A stretch of DNA of 62,968 nt, the filler included, from Chiloscyllium plagiosum (Eukaryota): the NCBI RefSeq assembly GCF_004010195.1. It is 4 parts of one record of this genome, joined end to end, with 100 filler letters (N's around TTAATTAATTAA, not from the genome) between each part and the next. Parts side by side here need not be neighbours in the genome. Positions count along the whole stretch, not along the records: positions 51,579 to 62,968 come from NC_057713.1; 3 more parts are not named here. The stretch is one strand, 5' to 3'. Below are positions 59,787 to 62,968 of the stretch, piece by piece; positions within the stretch are counted from its first letter, which is position 1, and each line of letters begins with the position of its first letter. Both the position numbers and the translations under genes were made by a program. The notes under the pieces were generated by a model. The model saw only the letters and a program-made list of their open reading frames with translations. It made no database searches and was not told the DNA's origin.

Positions 59787-62732
59787 CTTCCAGACATTTT
59801 GGAACGATATGTGCATCAAGACTCCGGACTCTTCACTTTCCACACTTTCATGCTCCTGTCCCTGTCCCACCCCAGCCAACCCCACACCCCAAGATGTGCT
59901 TAAGTTGCTCTGTGACGTCCTTGACCCGAACACTTTTGATTCAACATACCAATCTGGACTCTGTGAAATCAGGACTGATGATTCTGAAAGAGTCAGACAA
60001 TAACTCTTGCTTTGTGCGCTGCTGCTATTTGATGTGTACACAACACTGAACTGACTCCACAAAAAAGGAAAAACAAAATAAAAATACTGAGGAGTTGGGA
60101 GTCCATGTCCATTTGAGTGCAATATCGATTGCCCAGAATGATAGCTGGACAGCAAGTCTTCAATGATAACGGAGTGAAATGACTCAAACCCAGAGCTGAA
60201 TTTCTCAAATTTAGAAGTGTCTGAGACCAGTAAATATTTCAAGACAATATTGGAAACTACTGGGATTAACTGACCCAAACGTTTCTTGTTGTCTCTTGAT
60301 TTCGGACTACGAGAAGCATCTAAATGTTTACAGATGGCCTGAATCTTTCCAAGACTAAAATGAATGAAGAATACCTCACATTTCTCTCCATTGTATTGCA
60401 CAGACTATTTCGTGCTCACTCAGTCACTGAACCTATCCTTCCCCTTCACCACATTCCTATGTCCTTCTTGAGATTTTTCTCTCCCTTCTAACATTGTATT
60501 ATCAGCAAAAGTATCACATGATCACATCGTCTCAGTTATTGATCGAGTTTGTAAATGACCGTGTCTCGAGTAATAGTCCTTGCAGCACTCACTAATACCA
60601 GCCTGACATAAAATGAAATATTTATTCCTGCTCTTTGTTTTCTGTCCTTTATCAATCCTCACATCAAGTCTCATCTCACCATCACAACGGGCTTCATTGA
60701 CAACAATGACTCCAGCAAAACATTTCCAAATTTTGACATTTCTGCATCCTTGTGTGAGCAGATCCCTCAATGGCCTCACTGCTCCCTCTCGATTGAAACT
60801 ATTCCATCCCATAATCTGTCATATGCGTTCGGTTTCTTCTGTGCACACGTGCAGTACATTACAGGGAACTGAGAAACCTAGTCCCTGTGTGTTGCTTTAC
60901 GGCCATGTGTGTCTCAGAGACGCCTCTGAAACATTTCCAGTACACTCTTATCCTGGTACGAGTTTCTGTATTGATTGGTGCTTATGTAACTGTTGATGGT
61001 ATTTTTCAGTGAGCTATTTTACTTGTCTCAATTATTGCCTTAATTTGCGAAATTATGTTCGATTCAGTAACTTCATCAGCTGAAGTTGAGGAATTCTATT
61101 GCAATGTTGGATTTATTAACACAGTGTCATCACCATTAACCAACGATCATTCCTTCACAGAACAGCCAGTGATAGCCAGGGAAGCAACATCCCAGTGTTG
61201 AGGAGAACGTTTCTCAGAGTGACATTCAATAAACAGAGTTTAATTTCCAAACAATCAAGTCAAGGGAAGGACAGCACTGAAATAAAATGAGAGTTTAAAG
61301 TTCGATAGATGGTGTCAATGCTGGTACAGAGAGTGGCACAGTGGCTCAGCAGTTAGTCGTGCTGCCTCACAGAGCGAGCGGGTGGGTCTAGGTAGAATAC
61401 CATTTGCTGGGTCAATATGGACTTGATGGGCCCATTGGCCAGCTTCTGCGTTAGGTTGGAGAGAAAGCTGTGGGGACGACCAAAGAGACTGAGACCCAGT
61501 ATGGCCAGCTTCACTGAGTGGGAAATTCATTGCAGATGGAATATAAAATGTGGAGAAATGTCCATGTGCAGTACAGATTTCCAAACATACTCAGTGGCAG
61601 ACTAAATTCTCTGCCCAATCCTCACTTCCAGACCCAGGGAGGTTTTGTCCTTGAGGGAGTGCAGGTTTATGACTGGATATTATTACAATGTAACATGAAG
61701 ATACTGAATGTAACAGAGCTTGGTACATCCCATCACAGCATTTACTGGGCTGTCTGTATTGTGCAGACTATATTTAAAATATTGATAGATGGGATATAAG
61801 GAGGTGATTTACATTTGTCGGAAGAATAGAAAATAAACAGAACATTTAGTTTAGAAAGTGATGAAGAATTATTAACTATTACTGTCTGGAGGATAAGGGT
61901 GATCTTGTACACAAGTACCAGAAATTTAACATGGGAGTGGAGCTCACAATTGGGAGGACAATGATGCATTGACAATTATTGCCGGGAGACTGTTGGGAAT
62001 GTGAGGAAATCCTTCTATGAATCCCTTCTGATCAGATTTCCCTTTCACTGAAGACATTAATATCCGTTAAGAGTTTGTCCTTCACACAATCACACAATCA
62101 CACGTAGACAAAGACACTCACACATTTTCAGTGTCTCACACAAAATCGAACACTCTTCTAACTTACATACACACACACTCTCTCTCTCACAAAAAAAGTC
62201 ACAGACACACATATATAAAGACATTCAGTCATGCACTTGTACTCTGTCATGCATTCACACACTTTCACGCAAACACATTGAATTGGACAACCTGACACAC
62301 TGACCTTTACTCTTTCACTCTCTCACAAGCAAAGGTAAATCATTCCATCCAGGACGTTTGTTCAGTTAGAGATTTTTTCCCTCTTTTTAGACATCACCAA
62401 ATTTCAAGTCACAGCTGGACAATGTGGTAGTTCGAAAATTCCTGCTATCAGGATAAAACAAGCCTGACTCCAGGTTCAAAATTTGGGACAACTTCTAAAC
62501 AATGCCTCATTTCACTGGCTGATCTGACATGTGACCTTTTGTAGCTTGAGAAATCAAGTTGAGGGACTGTGAGGGAGACAGGGAACGAGATTGAGAGGGA
62601 GCGTAAAGGTGAGAGTGTGCAAGGGACAGGGAGGCAGATAGTGAGTGTCACCAAGGGAGAGAGTCCGAGTGAGAGTGAGTCAAAGTGACAAGAAAAACAA
62701 AATGTGAGTTCGAGAGTGAGAGCAAGTGATAG

Positions 62733-62750
62733 AGGAAGAGAGAGAGAGAT

Positions 62751-62783
<33 letters not shown>
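62733..62783. repeat. (GA)n microsatellite
   Basis: Direct reading. Confidence 0.85.
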
Positions 62784-62968
62784 CTGAATGAGTAAAAGAG
62801 AGATGTATGAAGAGAGACTGGATCGGTTAAATTCACTGTGGAATCACGAGAATGAGTGGAATCTAACAGAAAGCTCTAACATTCTAACTGCGTCAACACA
62901 GGGAGGATGTTCCGGGTGACTGGGGAATTCAGAACCAGGAGTCACAGTCTAAGTCCAGGCCATTTCAG

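Noticed and set aside
59643..60401. 252-aa minus-strand ORF
   Set aside because: It begins in a CR1 RT remnant (MQYNGEKCEV), crosses decayed sequence (possibly gag on the other strand) and ends in an LTR; no coherent domain.

Overview
Eukaryotic, repeat-rich genomic DNA from a cartilaginous fish. HE1-type V-SINEs, HER1/CR1 LINEs and Deu-SINEs point to a shark, probably a carpet/bamboo shark (inference). The window is four contigs joined by artificial 100-nt N44-TTAATTAATTAA-N44 spacers, with two ordinary N gaps in the first contig. The only host coding sequence I can support is one internal exon of a clavesin gene (CLVS1-like, minus strand, 18186-18406). A CpG-island promoter with candidate non-coding exons lies at about 56.5-59.3 kb on the same strand. 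The rest is nested transposon debris: CR1, L2, RTE and L1 LINEs, two Gypsy-type LTR element remnants plus solo LTRs, Tigger-like MITEs, three SINE families and tandem repeats. The most interesting signal is a dense set (more than a dozen) of Penelope-like-element (PLE) pseudo-LTRs carrying minimal type I hammerhead ribozyme cores. These include a young 308-bp fold-back element with an intact hammerhead on each strand and a 14-bp target-site duplication, and an internally deleted RT/GIY-YIG PLE that could represent the mobilising partner family. Nearly all ORFs in the supplied track are transposon fragments or spurious. Repeat family names come from recognition by eye, not database searches, and many repeat boundaries are approximate.
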